Positions 49,297-59,275 of a DNA stretch of 64,000 nucleotides are shown here, piece by piece. Positions within the stretch are counted from its first letter, which is position 1. Each line of letters starts with the position of its first letter. The notes under the pieces are model-generated. The model searched no databases, was not told the DNA's origin, and worked only from the letters and a program-made list of their open reading frames with translations. The stretch is from NCBI GenBank assembly GCA_021108295.1, contig JAIORF010000005.1:136531-200530 (forward strand), read 5' to 3'. Both the position numbers and the translations under genes were made by a program. This DNA is from a bacterium (lineage in GTDB: Bacteria; Patescibacteriota; Dojkabacteria; SC72).

Positions 49297-50742
49297 ATGA
49301 AAAAGAAAGTTCTGGTAATAGTTTCTATAATAACGAGCATCCTCCTCATAGCAGGTGGTATATTTGCATACTTTTACTTCAGACCACCTACACAAGCTGA
49401 AATTGAACAATATGAAAAGATAGTAGAACAAGGAGATATATTTTTAAGTGCAAAAGAATACTCCGAAGCAATATTGAAATACAATGAATCAATAAAGATA
49501 GTTCATACAGACCACGACGCATATTCGAAAATAGTAGACATATATTTAACAAAAAACGATTTTGACTCAGCCATAGCAGTTGCTGATAAAGCACAAAATT
49601 CGCTATCTACCTCAGATAGTAGCTTAATATACGCAAGTATTGCACAGAAATATTACAACAATAGTGACTTCTATAATGCAAATATCAATTATGAAATAGC
49701 AGCATCCCTAAACAGTAATTCTACTGTCAATCTTGGATTGGCTAAATCAAATGTCCTCAATGAGAAGATAGATAGAGCAGAAACACTCTTGAAAAAAACA
49801 TTTGATGATTCTACCTCGGATGAAGCGACCCTTCTCTACGCCTACATTGTGGGCTCTGAGGACAATACAAAAGCTGTAAACATACTAGATGATTACACTG
49901 TGATAAATGAGGAATGGAATGGATACTTTGACGAATATATGTCTGTACTCACCTCTCTTAACGAAGATCAAATATTTAACAAAGCAAAATTAGGTAGAAT
50001 ATATATTAACAACGGATATCCTACACTCGCAATATCCATATTAGAACCAAAGGTTGAAGAATTAGCACAATATGTAGATGGATTATACATCTTAGGAAAA
50101 GCATACCTTGATAGTGGGGATTACGACAAAGCAGTAGAGACACTACTTCAATCGGTAAGTTTGTTAGGATATGAAGACCAAAAATATTGGATGTTGGGTA
50201 GAACCTATTTTTACCAAGACGACTTAGTAAACTCCATTACATACTACGATAGGGCTGTGGGATACTCTGGAGACGATTTGGAAGAAGAATTGGTTAAGGA
50301 ATATTTGCATATCCTTATTTCATCCAACCAGACCACTAAATCCCAAGAGGTGTATTCCAATATTGTAAAGGATGTAAAAGAAGACTGGCTTTACTTGATA
50401 GGGGTAGAACTATATTACAATGCACAAAATAATGCCAAGTTAAATTACTACCTTGGTAAATTATCTGAAATGGACCTACAAGACAATGAAAAGAAAGAAT
50501 ACTTGTTTTGGGATATAAAACAGTCTTTGGATAATGGAGAAATAGAAGGCTTAGATAGTACACTGGAAATACTTTTATCTTTAGACAGATTTAATCCTCA
50601 GTACTACTGGCTTAAGGGTTTATACGATTTAGAGGGAGGAGATAAGATATCAGCAAAAAACAATTTTGAGAATGCTTTAGAGTATGATTTGGAGGGGAAT
50701 ATCTCTACTGAAGTTGAGGAGTTGTTGGCACAGGTAGAATAG
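49297..50742 (+). CDS. Membrane-anchored TPR protein
   Basis: N-terminal TM helix, repeated LG..Y...G.Y..A TPR patterns. Confidence 0.85.
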   Translation: MKKKVLVIVSIITSILLIAGGIFAYFYFRPPTQAEIEQYEKIVEQGDIFLSAKEYSEAILKYNESIKIVHTDHDAYSKIVDIYLTKNDFDSAIAVADKAQNSLSTSDSSLIYASIAQKYYNNSDFYNANINYEIAASLNSNSTVNLGLAKSNVLNEKIDRAETLLKKTFDDSTSDEATLLYAYIVGSEDNTKAVNILDDYTVINEEWNGYFDEYMSVLTSLNEDQIFNKAKLGRIYINNGYPTLAISILEPKVEELAQYVDGLYILGKAYLDSGDYDKAVETLLQSVSLLGYEDQKYWMLGRTYFYQDDLVNSITYYDRAVGYSGDDLEEELVKEYLHILISSNQTTKSQEVYSNIVKDVKEDWLYLIGVELYYNAQNNAKLNYYLGKLSEMDLQDNEKKEYLFWDIKQSLDNGEIEGLDSTLEILLSLDRFNPQYYWLKGLYDLEGGDKISAKNNFENALEYDLEGNISTEVEELLAQVE

Positions 50743-50816
50743 TTTGATATAATGCGTATCGTACACTATTTTCTGTTTATGAAAAGTGATTTACTTAATA
50801 ATTTAGCTATATTTTT

Positions 50817-52913
50817 ATGGAAACCTACAATATTAAGATGCCTCTAGAGTTAGTAAGAAACATTGGTATCATCGCGCACATTGATGCCGGTAAAACTACT
50901 ACTACTGAAAGACTGCTTTACTTTACTGGGCAAACACACAAGATTGGAGAAGTGCATGACGGAGCTGCAACTACAGACTTCATGGAGCAAGAGCAAGAGA
51001 GGGGAATTACCATTATGTCTGCAGCTGTTACTTGTTTTTGGGAATATAAGGATAAAGATCACAGAATCAATATCATAGACACTCCAGGCCATGTAGACTT
51101 CACAGCAGAAGTTGAGAGGTCGCTTAGGGTACTAGATGGTGCTGTTGTTCTTTTTGATGGAAGAAAAGGCGTAGAGCCACAGTCTGAGACTGTTTGGAGA
51201 CAAGCAAATAGGTACAATGTACCAAGGATTTGCTTTATGAATAAAATAAACTTGATTGGTGGAGATTTTGAGAAGAGCTTCGGGACAATTAAAGACAGGC
51301 TAAGCCCAAAAGCCACTGCAATTAATCTCCCAATTGGAAGAGAAACAGAACTAAATGGATATGTAGATTTGATACAGATGAAAGCATATCAATATGATGG
51401 AATAGATTCACCAGATTTAGTAGAAATCGATATCCCAGAAGAAATGAACGATATGGTAGAGAAATATAGGGAGATTCTGCTTGAGAAACTTGTAGAGCAA
51501 GAGGACACATTGATGGAGAAATATTTTGCGGGAGAAGAAATTTCAGTTGATGAACTATACGGTGCACTTAGAAAAGCCACTGTCTCAGGAGATATGTACC
51601 CAGTAATGGGGGGAGATGGTAGATCAGCAATGGCAAAAACACTTCTTGATTACATTGCAATATGTTTACCATCACCACTTGATGTGCCAGCAATAAAGGG
51701 AATTGATCCTAAAACTAAAGAAGAGATAGAGAGAAGCCCAGATGAAAACGAACCGTTCTCATCTTTGGTATTTAAGATTGTAAGTGATCCGCATGTAGGA
51801 ACTCTTTCATATTTTAGAATGTATTCAGGTACTCTTAAGGCAGGAAGTTATGTTTATAACTCAACCAAAGGGATAAGGGAAAGGGTTGGAAGGCTTGTAT
51901 TAATGCATGCTGATGATAGAGAAGAAGTGGATATGCTAAGAGCAGGAGATATAGGTGCAATTGTAGGACTTAAAGATTCTACAACAGGAGACACTCTTTG
52001 TGATGAGAAAGAGCTCATTATCCTAGAGCAAATTGTATTTGCAGTACCAGTTGTATCTCAAGCTGTAGAGCCAGCTACCAAATCTGATGAAGAGAAGATG
52101 GGAGCAGCACTTGCTAAGTTGGCAAAAGAAGATCCTACATTTAAAGTAGAGACTAATCACGAGACAGGACAAACAATTATCTCCGGGATGGGTGAGTTGC
52201 ATCTAGAAATCATGATAGATCGTATGAAGAGAGAATTTAATGTAATAGCTAATGTAGGTAAGCCACAGGTAGCATACAGAGAGACAATTAAAAATATATG
52301 TGAAGAGAGTGAAGGAAGATATGTTAAACAATCTGGTGGTAAAGGACAGTATGGACACTGTTGGCTTAAATTGGAACCAAATAAAGCAGGTAAAGGATTT
52401 GAATTTGTCAACGCTATTAAAGGAGGCTCTATTCCTAAAGAATTCATACCTTCTATACAAAAAGGTGTAGTAGAAGCAATGAAGTCTGGTGTAGTTGCTG
52501 GATATCCAGTAGTGGATATAAAGGTGACAGTATATGACGGTTCCTACCATGAGGTGGACTCCTCAGAGTCTGCATTTAAAGTTGCAGGATCTATGGCTTT
52601 CAAGTCTGGTTGTAAGAGAGCAAAACCTATACTCCTTGAACCTCTGATGAAAGTCGAAGTAGAAATGCCTGATGCAAATATGGGAGACATCACAGCATCT
52701 TTGAGTAGTAAAAGAGGTCAGATCCAAGGATCTGAGAGCATTGGAAATGGAATTACTAGAGTTAAAGCATTTGTACCTTTAGCAGAACTCTTCGGATATA
52801 CAAGTGAACTTAGATCTATCACTAGTGGAAGAGGTAGTGCAAACGTAGAATTTGAGAAATACTCAGAAGTCCCAAAAAGTGTTGCAGAAGAAGTCTCAGG
52901 AAGTGATAGCTAA
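50817..52913 (+). CDS. fusA: Elongation factor G
   Basis: [43 protein letters not shown]. Confidence 0.98.
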   Translation: METYNIKMPLELVRNIGIIAHIDAGKTTTTERLLYFTGQTHKIGEVHDGAATTDFMEQEQERGITIMSAAVTCFWEYKDKDHRINIIDTPGHVDFTAEVERSLRVLDGAVVLFDGRKGVEPQSETVWRQANRYNVPRICFMNKINLIGGDFEKSFGTIKDRLSPKATAINLPIGRETELNGYVDLIQMKAYQYDGIDSPDLVEIDIPEEMNDMVEKYREILLEKLVEQEDTLMEKYFAGEEISVDELYGALRKATVSGDMYPVMGGDGRSAMAKTLLDYIAICLPSPLDVPAIKGIDPKTKEEIERSPDENEPFSSLVFKIVSDPHVGTLSYFRMYSGTLKAGSYVYNSTKGIRERVGRLVLMHADDREEVDMLRAGDIGAIVGLKDSTTGDTLCDEKELIILEQIVFAVPVVSQAVEPATKSDEEKMGAALAKLAKEDPTFKVETNHETGQTIISGMGELHLEIMIDRMKREFNVIANVGKPQVAYRETIKNICEESEGRYVKQSGGKGQYGHCWLKLEPNKAGKGFEFVNAIKGGSIPKEFIPSIQKGVVEAMKSGVVAGYPVVDIKVTVYDGSYHEVDSSESAFKVAGSMAFKSGCKRAKPILLEPLMKVEVEMPDANMGDITASLSSKRGQIQGSESIGNGITRVKAFVPLAELFGYTSELRSITSGRGSANVEFEKYSEVPKSVAEEVSGSDS

Positions 52914-52935
52914 TAGTTTGTAAGAACACGGTTAT

Positions 52936-52960
52936 TAAAAAGGGGCTTTGCCCCTTTTTA
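52936..52960. terminator. Bidirectional intrinsic terminator after fusA
   Basis: taaaaaggggc-ttt-gccccttttta, perfect 11-bp stem. Confidence 0.85.
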
Positions 52961-52986
52961 TTTCAATAGAAACACATTGATTTTAG

Positions 52987-53200
52987 GAGGTCGAGAGAAT
53001 AGATATAGAGGAGTTGTATTGTCTATCTCATGAAAAGGCCTAGAAACAAGGATTCTTGACACGAGGTATTCTTAAGTCTGCACACACGAAAAGGAGCCTT
53101 AAAGACTTAGGGTACGGCAATAATTACATTCCATATATACGAGAGCTTCGCTATAGGACATTGTATGCCAGGATTGGGGTGTGTAAATTATGCTAAGCCT
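52987..53200 (+). pseudogene. Probable remnant of the rarA/mgsA C-terminus
   Basis: 53071-53127 translates LKSAHTKRSLKDLGYGNNY (RarA consensus recalled as LRNAPTKLMKxLGYGxGY); after a frameshift CMPGLGCVNYAKP; in-frame stop upstream. Confidence 0.45.
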
Positions 53201-53201
53201 C

Positions 53202-53230
53202 TTGCATAAATACGTACTTTTTGATAGTAT
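53202..53230 (+). promoter_or_regulatory. Sigma70 promoter for tuf
   Basis: TTGCAT-17-TAGTAT. Confidence 0.65.
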
Positions 53231-53310
53231 TCAGCGCAGGTTCTCAAGTTGAGAATCTTAAAGTATGTTAATAAACATATTATATATATAAATTATTTAT
53301 TTTAATATTC

Positions 53311-54480
53311 ATGGCAGACGTATTCGTAAGAACAAAGCCCCATATGAATATCGGTACATTAGGACACGTAGACCACGGTAAAACTACTTTGGTTAGAGGT
53401 ATCCTAAATGCCCATTCACAAGAGGCCGGTAAAATGATCGACAAGCTCGACAAAGATCCAGATTCAAGAGCAAAATCGTTGACAATTTCTGTTGCACACG
53501 TTGAGTTTGAAACAGAGAACAGGCACTACGCATTAGTAGATTGCCCAGGTCACAAAGACTACATTAAAAATATGATCACAGGTGCAGCACAAATGGATGG
53601 TGCAATCTTGGTTATATCTTCTGATGATGGTGCAATGCCACAAACGAAAGAGCACTTACTTCTTGCAAAGCAAGTTGGTGTCCCTAAGATTGTTGTTTTC
53701 ATCAATAAATTCCCAGGTGCAGACGAAGAAATTATCGAACTTATCAAAGCTGACGTTGGAGATCTTCTTAAGAAATATGGATTTGACGAGAAAGCTCCTG
53801 TTATTGTAGGTAATGCATTAGCAGCCGAGAAGGGTGAAGAGGAAGGACTTGCTGCAGCAAAAGAACTTATGGCAGCTGTTGACTCATTCATTGAAATCCC
53901 TGAGAGAGATATTGAGAAACCATTCCTTATGGCTATCGAAGATGTCTTCTCTATCGAAGGTAGAGGTACAGTAGTAACAGGAAGAATTGACAGAGGTGTT
54001 ATCAAACTAACTGAAGAGGTAGAAGTACTTGGAATGGGTAGGAAAGATCAGAAAACTACAGTAACCGGTGTTGAGATGTTCAACAAGAGCATGCAAGATG
54101 CTCAAGCAGGTGATAATGTAGGTATTCTTCTTAGAGGATTTAAGAGAGAGGATGTAGAAAGAGGTCAAGTTCTTTGTGCTCCAAAATCTATAAAGACTCA
54201 CACCGAATTCAAAGCTGAGGTATATATCCTAAGCAAAGAAGAAGGTGGAAGACATACACCATTTGTAAGTGGATACAAACCACAGTTCTACATTAGAACA
54301 GCAGATGTAACTGGTGACGTAACACTCCCAGAAGGTACCGAAATGGTAGCTCCAGGAGATAATACACAGTTTAACGTTACCTTGGTTGCTGCAGTAGCAC
54401 TTGAGAATGGTCAAACATTCGCAATTAGAGAAGGAGGACAAACAGTAGGTAAAGGTGTTGTTACAGAAATTGTGAAGTAA
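53311..54480 (+). CDS. tuf: Elongation factor Tu (divergent)
   Basis: [54 protein letters not shown]. Confidence 0.97.
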   Translation: MADVFVRTKPHMNIGTLGHVDHGKTTLVRGILNAHSQEAGKMIDKLDKDPDSRAKSLTISVAHVEFETENRHYALVDCPGHKDYIKNMITGAAQMDGAILVISSDDGAMPQTKEHLLLAKQVGVPKIVVFINKFPGADEEIIELIKADVGDLLKKYGFDEKAPVIVGNALAAEKGEEEGLAAAKELMAAVDSFIEIPERDIEKPFLMAIEDVFSIEGRGTVVTGRIDRGVIKLTEEVEVLGMGRKDQKTTVTGVEMFNKSMQDAQAGDNVGILLRGFKREDVERGQVLCAPKSIKTHTEFKAEVYILSKEEGGRHTPFVSGYKPQFYIRTADVTGDVTLPEGTEMVAPGDNTQFNVTLVAAVALENGQTFAIREGGQTVGKGVVTEIVK

Positions 54481-54550
54481 ATGGTTTGGAGGGGAAGTCT
54501 TAGGACTTCCTCTCTAATTAATAAAGTTTAATTTAGCTCTTTAAGATAGA

Positions 54551-54865
54551 ATGGCTGACGTAAATGCAAAAATCAGAGTAAAGCTTAACGGATATGATTC
54601 AGTAGTTTTAGATAAAGCCGCAAAAAGTATTGTTGAAACTGCGGTAAGTACTGGTGCTAAGGTCGCAGGACCAATTCCTCTACCAACTAAAACAAGGAAA
54701 GTGGCCGTTAACAGATCTCCATTCATCTATAAGAGCTCAGTTGAACATTTTGAGATTGGAACTCATAAGAGAATAATTGATGTCATAAACCCTACACCAA
54801 AGACAATAGATGCACTTTCGCATCTTCAGATGCCTGCTGGCGTTGGAATAGATATCGTAACTTAA
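54551..54865 (+). CDS. rpsJ: 30S ribosomal protein S10
   Basis: GPIPLPT, RSPF, THKRII. Confidence 0.97.
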   Translation: MADVNAKIRVKLNGYDSVVLDKAAKSIVETAVSTGAKVAGPIPLPTKTRKVAVNRSPFIYKSSVEHFEIGTHKRIIDVINPTPKTIDALSHLQMPAGVGIDIVT

Positions 54866-54875
54866 TAATAAATAT

Positions 54876-55463
54876 ATGAAAGCTATACTAGGGGTAAAAA
54901 AAGGAATGACAAGACTATTTGTAGATGACAAGATGGTACCAGTTACTATCATAGACACATCCACATGTAAGGTTGCCAAAAGAGATGGTGATCAAGTAGA
55001 ACTTGGTTTACTCAAAGTTAGGCATCCAAGTAAGGCAGAAGTTGGACAATATAAAAAGTTGAAATATGTACCTAGATTTAGAAAGATGTTTACAGGGAAG
55101 TTTGGAGAAGAAGTAAGTGTAGGTGATGATGTAAAAGCTGAATTTTTTAGTGTAGGAGAATTAGTAGCAACAACAAGTAAGTCTAAAGGTAAAGGATTCC
55201 AAGGTGTTGTAAAAAGATGGGGATTTAAAGGAGGACACAGAACTCATGGTCAATCAGACAGACAAAGAGCACCAGGTTCTATCGGTGCAGGAACTGATCC
55301 AGGAAGAGTTTGGAAAGGTAAAAAAATGGGTGGAAGAATGGGAGGCGACCAATTTACAATGAAGGAGAAGAAAGTTGTTGCAATTAAAGATCAATATTTA
55401 CTAATATCAGGACCAATCCCAGGAACAAAAGGGGATTTGGTAGCGATATATACAGAGAAATAA
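54876..55463 (+). CDS. rplC: 50S ribosomal protein L3
   Basis: SKGKGFQGVVKRWGF, RAPGSIG. Confidence 0.97.
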   Translation: MKAILGVKKGMTRLFVDDKMVPVTIIDTSTCKVAKRDGDQVELGLLKVRHPSKAEVGQYKKLKYVPRFRKMFTGKFGEEVSVGDDVKAEFFSVGELVATTSKSKGKGFQGVVKRWGFKGGHRTHGQSDRQRAPGSIGAGTDPGRVWKGKKMGGRMGGDQFTMKEKKVVAIKDQYLLISGPIPGTKGDLVAIYTEK

Positions 55464-55464
55464 T

Positions 55465-56067
55465 ATGGCAGAAACAAAGAAAACAAATACAACTAAAGAA
55501 ATAAAACTTAACCCATTGGTATGGGAGGTAAAATTTAATGCAGATTTGGTAGCCCAAGTCCTTTATGTATATCGTAATAACGAAAGGAAAGGAACATCAA
55601 GCACCAAAACAAGAGCAGAGGTCAGAGGTGGTGGAAAGAAACCTTGGAAACAGAAAGGAACCGGTAGAGCAAGGCACGGATCTATAAGATCTCCAATCTG
55701 GGTAAAAGGAGGTGTAGCCTTTGGATCAAGCAATAAGAATTGGAAGAGGAAAATTAACAAGAAGATGTCTAAGAAGGCAACATGTATGATGCTTTCTCAG
55801 AGACTTACGGAAGACTCTGTTGAATTTGTAAAAATAGGCAAGAAAGGTATAAAAACTTTAAGAGAGAATATGATTAAGAGTGCAGGTAAGAAAACCATAA
55901 TAATCTCTACAAACAAAAATATAGATCTTGCAATTAGAAATGTAGAAAAAATACGATTTGTGGATGTAGACAAAGTAAATGCGAAACATATAGTAGATTG
56001 TACGAAAGTATTACTAGATGAAAGTTCAGTTAAGATTTTGGAAAAAAGACTAATAAATGGAAAATAA
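55465..56067 (+). CDS. rplD: 50S ribosomal protein L4
   Basis: TKTRAEVRGGGKKPWKQKGTGRARHGSIRSP. Confidence 0.97.
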   Translation: MAETKKTNTTKEIKLNPLVWEVKFNADLVAQVLYVYRNNERKGTSSTKTRAEVRGGGKKPWKQKGTGRARHGSIRSPIWVKGGVAFGSSNKNWKRKINKKMSKKATCMMLSQRLTEDSVEFVKIGKKGIKTLRENMIKSAGKKTIIISTNKNIDLAIRNVEKIRFVDVDKVNAKHIVDCTKVLLDESSVKILEKRLINGK

Positions 56068-56350
56068 AAATATCAAATTACAACCAGTGGTATCTGAAAA
56101 GAGCTATGCATTAGCTAATTCACAGAATAAATACACATTCTTAGTTGAAGGTGGTATTAATAAGATAGAAATCAGAAAGCTCATTGAAAAAGAATATAAA
56201 GTAAAAGTATTGAAGGTAAATACAGTCGTAAGACCAGGTAAACTCTATAGAGATTACAAAACAAATAAAAAGTTTAGAAAAACAGATAGTATAAAAGCCA
56301 TAGTTACCCTTAAAGCGGGAGATAAAATTGATGAATTCTTAAATATATAA
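56057..56350 (+). CDS. rplW: 50S ribosomal protein L23
   Basis: PVVSEKS, NKYTFLV, KAIVTL. Confidence 0.95.
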   Translation: MENKNIKLQPVVSEKSYALANSQNKYTFLVEGGINKIEIRKLIEKEYKVKVLKVNTVVRPGKLYRDYKTNKKFRKTDSIKAIVTLKAGDKIDEFLNI

Positions 56351-56352
56351 CC

Positions 56353-57204
56353 ATGGCAGTAAAATCATTCAAACCAACAACATCAACATTAAGAGGGACA
56401 AAGTTAGAAGATAGATCAGATCTTGTTAAAGGACATGGACCAAAAAGACTCTCTATTTCAAAAAACCAGAAAGCTGGAAGAAATAATCAAGGAAGGATAA
56501 CAGTAAGACATAGAGGGGGAGGATTTAAAAGAAGAATCAGAATCATTGACTTCAAAAGAGAGAAATTTGATATCCCTGCAAAAGTTACTGGGTTCTACTT
56601 TGATCCTAACAGAACTGCACATTTAGCCCTTTTACAGTATGCAGATGGTGAAAAAAGATATATAATAGCACCTAAAGGTCTTAAGGTAGGCGACACAATT
56701 GTTTCTGGAGAGAAAACAGACATTCTTGTAGGTAATGCAATGTATGTTAAAAACATTCCTTCTGGTACATTGGTCCACTGTGTAGAGAATGAAGTAGGAA
56801 GAGGAGCTAGATTTGGAAGATCAGCAGGACAGATAATCATAATACAAGGTATTGATTCCACAGGTAAATATGTACAAATCAAATTACCATCTGGAGAGGT
56901 TAGACTTGTTCCAGCGAATGCAATGGCTACAATAGGACAAGTAGGAAATGAAGATAAAGTGAATGTAAAACTTGGAAAAGCAGGAAGAAGGAGAAACTTA
57001 GGATGGAGACCAGCAGTAAGAGGTATGGCCATGCATGCAGTACAACACCCACACGGTGGAGGAGAAGGAAAAGGACAGGTAGGAGGTCAAGCAAAAGACA
57101 TATGGGGCAATAGAATAGGAACACGAACTAGAAGAAATAAGAAAACAGATAAATTCATAATTAGACGCAGAAGGACGAAAAACAGACCTGATGCTAAAAA
57201 ATAA
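56353..57204 (+). CDS. rplB: 50S ribosomal protein L2
   Basis: GRNNQGRITVRHRGGG, DPNRTA, HPHGGGEG. Confidence 0.98.
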   Translation: MAVKSFKPTTSTLRGTKLEDRSDLVKGHGPKRLSISKNQKAGRNNQGRITVRHRGGGFKRRIRIIDFKREKFDIPAKVTGFYFDPNRTAHLALLQYADGEKRYIIAPKGLKVGDTIVSGEKTDILVGNAMYVKNIPSGTLVHCVENEVGRGARFGRSAGQIIIIQGIDSTGKYVQIKLPSGEVRLVPANAMATIGQVGNEDKVNVKLGKAGRRRNLGWRPAVRGMAMHAVQHPHGGGEGKGQVGGQAKDIWGNRIGTRTRRNKKTDKFIIRRRRTKNRPDAKK

Positions 57205-57221
57205 ATTTAATATACTAAAGA

Positions 57222-57527
57222 ATGTCTAGATCATCGAAAAAAGGACCATATACAGACGAAAAGTTGATGGAGAAAGTAAGGAAAGCCTTACAGACCGGAG
57301 AGAGAAAGCCAATAAAAACATGGGCTAGACCATCTACAATCACACCAGAAATGGTTGGATTAACAATTGCTGTACACAATGGGAAAACACATACAGAAGT
57401 ATTAATTGGAGAAAGTATGATAGGACACAGACTTGGAGAATTCTCTCCTACGAGAAAATTTAAAGGACATGCTAAAAAAGGTAAATTAGCAAAAGTCTAC
57501 GGAAGCAGTGGAAGATTTGAAGAATAA
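57222..57527 (+). CDS. rpsS: 30S ribosomal protein S19
   Basis: [25 protein letters not shown]. Confidence 0.98.
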   Translation: MSRSSKKGPYTDEKLMEKVRKALQTGERKPIKTWARPSTITPEMVGLTIAVHNGKTHTEVLIGESMIGHRLGEFSPTRKFKGHAKKGKLAKVYGSSGRFEE

Positions 57528-57543
57528 TATAAATATATAAATA

Positions 57544-57885
57544 ATGGAAGCCAAAATAAGTAAAGTAAAAACAAAAAATATTGCACAATCAGCACAAAAG
57601 CTTAGGCTCATTGTTGATCTTGTTAGAGGAAAAAGTGTAGACGAAGCTCTAGATATATTAGAATTTACAAACAAAAAAGGCAGTCTCTTTGTTAAAAAAG
57701 CTATTCTCTCTGGTGTAGCCAATGCAAGAGAACAATATGGAGTTGAAAGTGGGGAATTACAAATTAGAAGTATAACCGTTGATGGGGCACCTGTACTTAA
57801 AAGAGGTAGATTTGCATCAAGAGGAAGACACTCAGTAATACTGAAAAGGAGAGCACATCTTAATTTAGAATTAGAAGTTAAATAA
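57544..57885 (+). CDS. rplV: 50S ribosomal protein L22
   Basis: SAQKLRLIVDLVRGK, ANA, LKR. Confidence 0.96.
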   Translation: MEAKISKVKTKNIAQSAQKLRLIVDLVRGKSVDEALDILEFTNKKGSLFVKKAILSGVANAREQYGVESGELQIRSITVDGAPVLKRGRFASRGRHSVILKRRAHLNLELEVK

Positions 57886-58532
57886 TGGGAAGAAAAGTCA
57901 ATCCAAACGCAATAAGGATAGGAATAAATAAAACATGGGATTCTACATGGTATGCCAAGAAAGCTGACTATCCAAAAGCTTTGGCACAAGATCTAAAGAT
58001 TAGAAAATTAATAGACGAAAGACTACACGATGCAGGAATTGATGTTATAAAAATCTTCATCTCTGCAAAACAGATAGAAATAGAAGTATACGTTGCAAGG
58101 CCAGGTGTAGCAATCGGAAGAGGAGGAGAAGGTATAGATAAACTACAGAAAGAACTTAGAAGAATATTGCAACAAGAGGTAGAAGTAAAAATCAAAGAAG
58201 TTCCAAAAGCAGACCTTTCTGCAAGAATCATTGCAAGAACAATAGCAGACGGTATTGAAAGACGACAACCATCTAAACTCTTAATGATTAGTGCAAAGGA
58301 AAAAGCTATGATGGCAGGAGCAAAAGGCATAAAGATTTGGATATCAGGAAGAATTAACAAAGCAAGTCAAGCAAGAAGAATTAAAGCTACCGGAGGCTCA
58401 GTACCAGCACAAACACTAAAAGCAGACATAGACTACGCCGAAGAAACAGCAAAAACAACAGACGCAGGACTAATGGGAGTAAAAGTTTGGGTATATACCG
58501 GAGATAAATCAAGTGTACATTCAGAAGAATAA
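57885..58532 (+). CDS. rpsC: 30S ribosomal protein S3
   Basis: MGRKVNP, RPGVAIGRGG, TLKADIDY, GVKVWVY. Confidence 0.97.
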   Translation: MGRKVNPNAIRIGINKTWDSTWYAKKADYPKALAQDLKIRKLIDERLHDAGIDVIKIFISAKQIEIEVYVARPGVAIGRGGEGIDKLQKELRRILQQEVEVKIKEVPKADLSARIIARTIADGIERRQPSKLLMISAKEKAMMAGAKGIKIWISGRINKASQARRIKATGGSVPAQTLKADIDYAEETAKTTDAGLMGVKVWVYTGDKSSVHSEE

Positions 58533-58552
58533 TTACCTTTTAAATAAATATT

Positions 58553-58969
58553 ATGGCATTACAACCTAGAAAAAGAAAATATAGAAAAGAATTCAGAGGC
58601 AAAATGAGAGGAATTGCTAGTGCAAACAACACCATTGTATTTGGTGACTATGGTATTAAAGCAACAGAAAGTGCTTGGATAAAAGAAAGACAGATTGAAG
58701 CTGCAAGAAGAGCAATTACAGGATCTATTCAAAGGAAAGGGAAGGTATGGATTAAAATATTCCCACACAAACCATATACACAAAAACCAACAAACAGTAA
58801 GATGATTAGCGGTAAAGGAGATGTAGAAGGGTATGTAGCAGTTGTAAGACCAGGAACTATACTCTTTGAAATGGGAGGTGTAACTGAGCAAGAAGCAAAA
58901 GAAGCCCTAAGACTTGCATCTCACAAACTACCTATTAAAACTAAATTTGTAATAAAGAAGGGTATATAA
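58553..58969 (+). CDS. rplP: 50S ribosomal protein L16
   Basis: [21 protein letters not shown]. Confidence 0.97.
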   Translation: MALQPRKRKYRKEFRGKMRGIASANNTIVFGDYGIKATESAWIKERQIEAARRAITGSIQRKGKVWIKIFPHKPYTQKPTNSKMISGKGDVEGYVAVVRPGTILFEMGGVTEQEAKEALRLASHKLPIKTKFVIKKGI

Positions 58970-58972
58970 GGC

Positions 58973-59001
58973 TTGAGTAAAGTACTGAATATTGGTAGAA
59001 T
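58973..59001 (+). promoter_or_regulatory. Internal sigma70 promoter at the usual rpmC position
   Basis: TTGAGT-17-TAGAAT with extended TGn in the 63-nt rplP-rpsQ gap. Confidence 0.6.
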
Positions 59002-59032
59002 ACTAGCCGTTATAACATTTAATAAAACATAA

Positions 59033-59275
59033 ATGACAAAAGGAAAAGGAAACAAAAAAGAATTAAAAGGTGTAGTAGTTGGAAACAAAATGCAGGCTAC
59101 TGTTAGAGTTCAAATAAACACTCCATACAGCCACCCTGTATATAAGAAAGTTGTAAATAAAAGAACAGTATTCTTTGCGCATACAGATAAAGAACTAAAT
59201 GTCGGAGACGAAGTAACAATCAGAGAGAGCAAACCGTACTCTAAGAATGTAAAATGGGTAGTAATTAACGAATAA
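59033..59275 (+). CDS. rpsQ: 30S ribosomal protein S17
   Basis: [28 protein letters not shown]. Confidence 0.95.
   Translation: MTKGKGNKKELKGVVVGNKMQATVRVQINTPYSHPVYKKVVNKRTVFFAHTDKELNVGDEVTIRESKPYSKNVKWVVINE

Noticed and set aside
52990-53120. Imperfect hairpins in the fusA-tuf spacer as an ncRNA or tRNA
   Set aside because: No tRNA, SRP, tmRNA or RNase P motifs; the stems rely on G-U pairs and bulges, and a pseudogene remnant explains the region better
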